From Macrostomum lignano (Eukaryota): a DNA stretch of 64,000 bases. Below the pieces are notes generated by a model. The model was not told the origin of the DNA and did no database searches. It saw only the letters and a program-made list of their open reading frames with translations. The position numbers and the translations under genes are program-made. The stretch is from assembly GCA_002269645.1 (NCBI GenBank), contig NIVC01001167.1, forward strand, positions 124,001 to 188,000, read 5' to 3'. Shown piece after piece: positions 60,135 through 64,000 of the stretch (position 1 is the first letter of the stretch; every line of letters begins with the position of its first letter).

Positions 60135-62601
60135 ATGCAAGACCGACTCCGCACGGTGACCGGTGCCGCCCAGGAGGTGGCTGGCATCACGAGAACCCAC
60201 GGCTTGCTGCACATCTTCCTGTCCAGAGGCTCAGCTCGACGGCTCTTCTGGCTGCTTCTGTTCGTAGCTGCGCTGATCGGCTGCACCGTCCACCTGGCAA
60301 AGTTGGTGCAGAAGTTCACCGAGCAGTCCGTTGAGTCGCAGCTGAAGCTGGGGAGCGAACGAGCCCAGTTTCCCGACATCACAATCTGCAACTTCAAGCC
60401 CGCTTCTGCTAGCTTAATAAGGTGGAATATTTATCACGACTACCTGAATGAATCTTGGGGCAACTTCGACAACTGGTTCCAGGAGGACACCAAGAAGCGC
60501 CCTCATGAATCGGATGAAAGCTACGAAGACCGACTTGAGACGGTGTGCAAGAAGCTCCTCGACGTGATGTGGGTGTCGGGCGACACCAGAGACATCTCCC
60601 ACCTCGATAAGACCATGCTGCTGAGCTGCCGCTACAACAACGAGCCCTGCAGTCACAAGAACTTCTCGCTTGTCCAGACCAGCCGATTCTGGAGCTGCTA
60701 CACGTTCCACCCGGACCCGGGGCAGTCGTCCAGCGGTTCTGGGGGCAGGGGAGCCGAGCTCGACATGGTGCTCTTCACCGATGGTTATGCCGAACCGTCT
60801 ATCCATCATTATGAATTCCTAAATTCCGAATCTGTGGGAGTCTGCGTCAATCGAATAATTTTGGGTCAGGATGCGACGAACAGGTTGCTGAAAAGCAGTG
60901 ATCCTCAGTCAGAAGGACTGCGACTTTTTATTCACGAGGCGCACAGCTACCCGATGAGCCGTACGTATCATTTCATTGAGGTCTTTTTTGAGTTGTATTC
61001 ATTTGAGAATTTACAGAAAAATAGTTCCATGATCACGGACACAAGAGAATCCATGTCAAACCGCAGAGACGGAGTTCGTGGATGTGGCCTCAGCCAGCAG
61101 CACCTTCATCAAACTCAGGCCGATCCACAACCGACTCATATCGACGCCGAGCCGCAGATGCTCCGAGCCTCCAATCGAAACCATCAACTATGTCAGGCAC
61201 TTCTCCAACGCCTCGCTGAATGTGGTCACCAAGGCCTACTCAAAGTCCGTCTCCGATTTCGTAGTCGAGGCACAGCAGAGCATCCTGCACAGCAACTGCG
61301 GCTGCTATTCGCACCTGCTCCCGTTCTCGGTGAATACGAGCGACCTGTGCTACTTCGCTCCACCGCAGGAGTGGATCACCCCATCGGATGCTGTGCTCAA
61401 GAGAATTGACTGCCATGATCACTGGTTTGAGCACGCACAGAGGCAAAGCGATGAGCTGGCGAAGGAGTTCCAGCACCGGATGTGGTGCCAATTCACTCAG
61501 TAACGGCCTTGGCAGCAGAGCCGCAGGTGGCCCCCGTTCAGCGCCATTCAAGAGATCTGGGAGAACCTGATGGTGCCGCAAGTGAGACATGGAGTCGAGT
61601 TCCTGCCCGAGGATGGCAAAGAGCATCACATATTCAGGAATATGAATCAATCTCGACAATACAGCCAAATTTTACCATTTCTAAACGACGATGACTGCAT
61701 GAGTTTCTTTTGCAATCACAGCCATACGGATTACTATTATTGCGATACTTTACTGATTCAGCTGTATTTGAAGCAAGCGTCGGGTTGCATCGAGCGGTAT
61801 ACTTTGTCTCGCAGCCTGGCGTCAGTCAGCATCAGCTTGCAGAGCCCGGCAGCTGACGTTTACAAAGAGAAGGCCGGCTACCACTGGACTGAAGCTCTGT
61901 CCGAGGTGAGACATTTCACACATATTGGCCTTAGAAATGCGGAGAGTGTTGCCACCTGTCAACATTGCAGTCGAAGTATATATACAGTTGTCTGATCGAG
62001 ACATTCATCCAGCTAACGAAAGTCCGTTCAAAGCGGACTAAAAACATTCTGTAAGTCCTGTTTTAACATTTGATATATGGCACTTTTGAGCAGCATTCTT
62101 TTTTTAAGTGATTTGAGATATTTGGTCTAAAATGTCTCAAGGTTAGAATTCCGTAGTGTTAAATAATACTTTAATAACTAAAATATATTAACCAAGGACA
62201 ATTAAAGCAACGTAATATACAGGACTTGACACTCGAAATCTATGGAAAATGTTTTGAAGGCCACTTTTCGCCGAAAATGCACTACCGGAGGTAACAAGTT
62301 TTCATTTTTCAGCACAAAAACTGTTATTGCTTTCGATAGGAGGCGAATCCAGTGTTCATATTTTGATATGATGTGCCTTTCTTATTGCTTTATTGATATT
62401 CATAAAGCTTTTCGTTCCGAAAATTAAGATTCAATGTTAATTTTTGATTCTACGGACATTCCGAAGGTCGGAGGAACTCTGGGGCTCTGGCTGGGAATCA
62501 GCGTTGTCAGCACCTTCGAGCTGCTCGAGTATTTCTACATTCTGGCGCAGCGATGTCGCGTCGGAACCACCGGCTCGGAGTCCGAGGGTTCTCCAGACTG
62601 A
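60135..62601 (+). pseudogene. DEG/ENaC channel subunit, copy C, with a premature stop
   Basis: Exons 60135-60960, 61067-61905, 62467-62601. TAA at 61501-61503 corresponds to CAA (Gln) in copies A and B. The last acceptor is CCGAAG versus CCGCAG/CCACAG in the others. Otherwise colinear. Confidence 0.85.
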
Positions 62602-63314
62602 AGCAGAAATTGTCCGTTTCTATGGCAACTGTGAAGCCCCTCAAACACTTGCTGGTGACCAATGTTTAAACATTTAAAACGGTCACCAATCTCAGAACCA
62701 TTTCATTTGTTTGAAAGCTTGCCTTTGAAAAAATTTAGCAAGCCTTCGATAGCAGAGATGCATACAAAAGAAATCTGTGTTTGACTTTTTAGTCTGTCTA
62801 TTCGAAGACTTCAATGCCTACGAAGTTTTGATGATTTGTTTTATTTTCAGCATTTTTCTGCTTGAATATATTCTTTTTTGCTTGTATCTTTTTTCAGTTG
62901 AAATTGTCTAAAAACACAACAATTCATTTTAACAAAGTCGGCATTCATTGTTAACAAAAACTAGAAGGATGTTTTACACTTGGCCACTTGTTTAAAACCA
63001 GAGAATTAAAACAAAATTGAATGATATGACAGACAGATAACAGACGGACATGCGAGTATAGATACTCCTACATGTAGTTTTCAACAGTTATTTTCTGGTT
63101 GAGTAGCCACTTGTATAAATAGCTTGTCCTGTCCGAATTACCCAAAAAGCAAGGGACGAAAACTATTCACGTGAATCCTATTTGCCTTGCCATCTCAGCA
63201 ATTCTCCACAAGCGTTGATATCTCAAACCCCCCTGTAAGTCTTGACATCTCAGCAATTCCCCTAGCAAGCAGCCCTCAAAAAGCAAGCACCGCCTAGATT
63301 AGCATGTAGCTAGT

Positions 63315-64000
63315 GCAACAATTTCCTTATCTAGTGCAATAATCCATGTCTCAGCTAGTGCAATAATCCATGTCTTATCTAGTGCAATAATCCATGTCTT
63401 ATCTAGTGCAATAATCCATGTCTTATCTAGTGCAATAATCCATGTCTTATCTAGTGCAATAATCCATGTCTCAGCTAGTGCAATAATCCATGTCTTATCT
63501 AGTGCAATAATCCATGTCTTATCTAGTGCAATAATCCATGTCTTATCTAGTGCAATAATCCATGTCTTATCTAGTGCAATAATCCATGTCTTATCTAGTG
63601 CAATAATCCATGTCTTATCTAGTGCAATAATCCATGTCTCAGCTAGTGCAATAATCCATGTCTTATCTAGTGCAATAATCCATGTCTCAGCTAGTGCAAT
63701 AATCCATGTCTTATCTAGTGCAATAATCCATGTCTTATCTAGTGCAATAATCCATGTCTTATCTAGTGCAATAATCCATGTCTTATCTAGTGCAATAATC
63801 CATGTCTTATCTAGTGCAATAATCCATGTCTCAGCTAGTGCAATAATCCATGTCTCAGCTAGTGCAATAATCCATGTCTTATCTAGTGCAATAATCCATG
63901 TCTTATCTAGTGCAATAATCCATGTCTCAGCTAGTGCAATAATCCATGTCTCAGCTAGTGCAATAATCCATGTCTTATCTAGTGCAATAATCCATGTCTT
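63315..64000. repeat. 24-bp minisatellite CTAGTGCAATAATCCATGTCTTAT (runs off the window)
   Basis: Two linked variants, TTATCT and TCAGCT. Confidence 0.96.

Noticed and set aside
35204-62004. Antisense and alternate-frame ORFs conserved across ENaC copies
   Set aside because: Shadows of GC-rich coding sequence, conserved only because the sense gene is duplicated.
1-64000. CRISPR-like or telomeric interpretation of the 21-40-bp arrays
   Set aside because: Units are head-to-tail without unique spacers, there are no cas genes, the context is eukaryotic, and no TTAGGG arrays are present.

Overview
Eukaryotic (metazoan) genomic DNA with GC-rich exons, GT-AG introns and many mini/microsatellites. 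The style resembles macrostomid flatworm assemblies such as Macrostomum, which is my inference only. Left part: the 3' eight exons of an Ig-domain, FGFR-like receptor tyrosine kinase (769-18212, +), in which every intron carries its own tandem repeat; a single-exon thioredoxin-fold gene (-); and a six-exon ankyrin-repeat gene (+). Right part: three DEG/ENaC channel paralogues (A +, with a 1-nt frameshift; B -, intact; C +, with a nonsense codon), interspersed with two secreted ConA/LamG-like-domain genes (one with two C-type lectin domains), a broken paralogue fragment, an hAT-type MITE with an 8-bp TSD, a Tc1/mariner deletion derivative, and multi-kb satellites. Most long ORFs in the track are translations of repeats. 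The most interesting signals are (i) near-identical framework versus hypervariable extracellular blocks and patchwork ancestry in the DEG/ENaC triad, and (ii) intronic minisatellites that resemble the nearest splice signal, and in one case appear to have been amplified from it. No rRNA, tRNA or CRISPR was found. All calls are by eye and no database searches were run.
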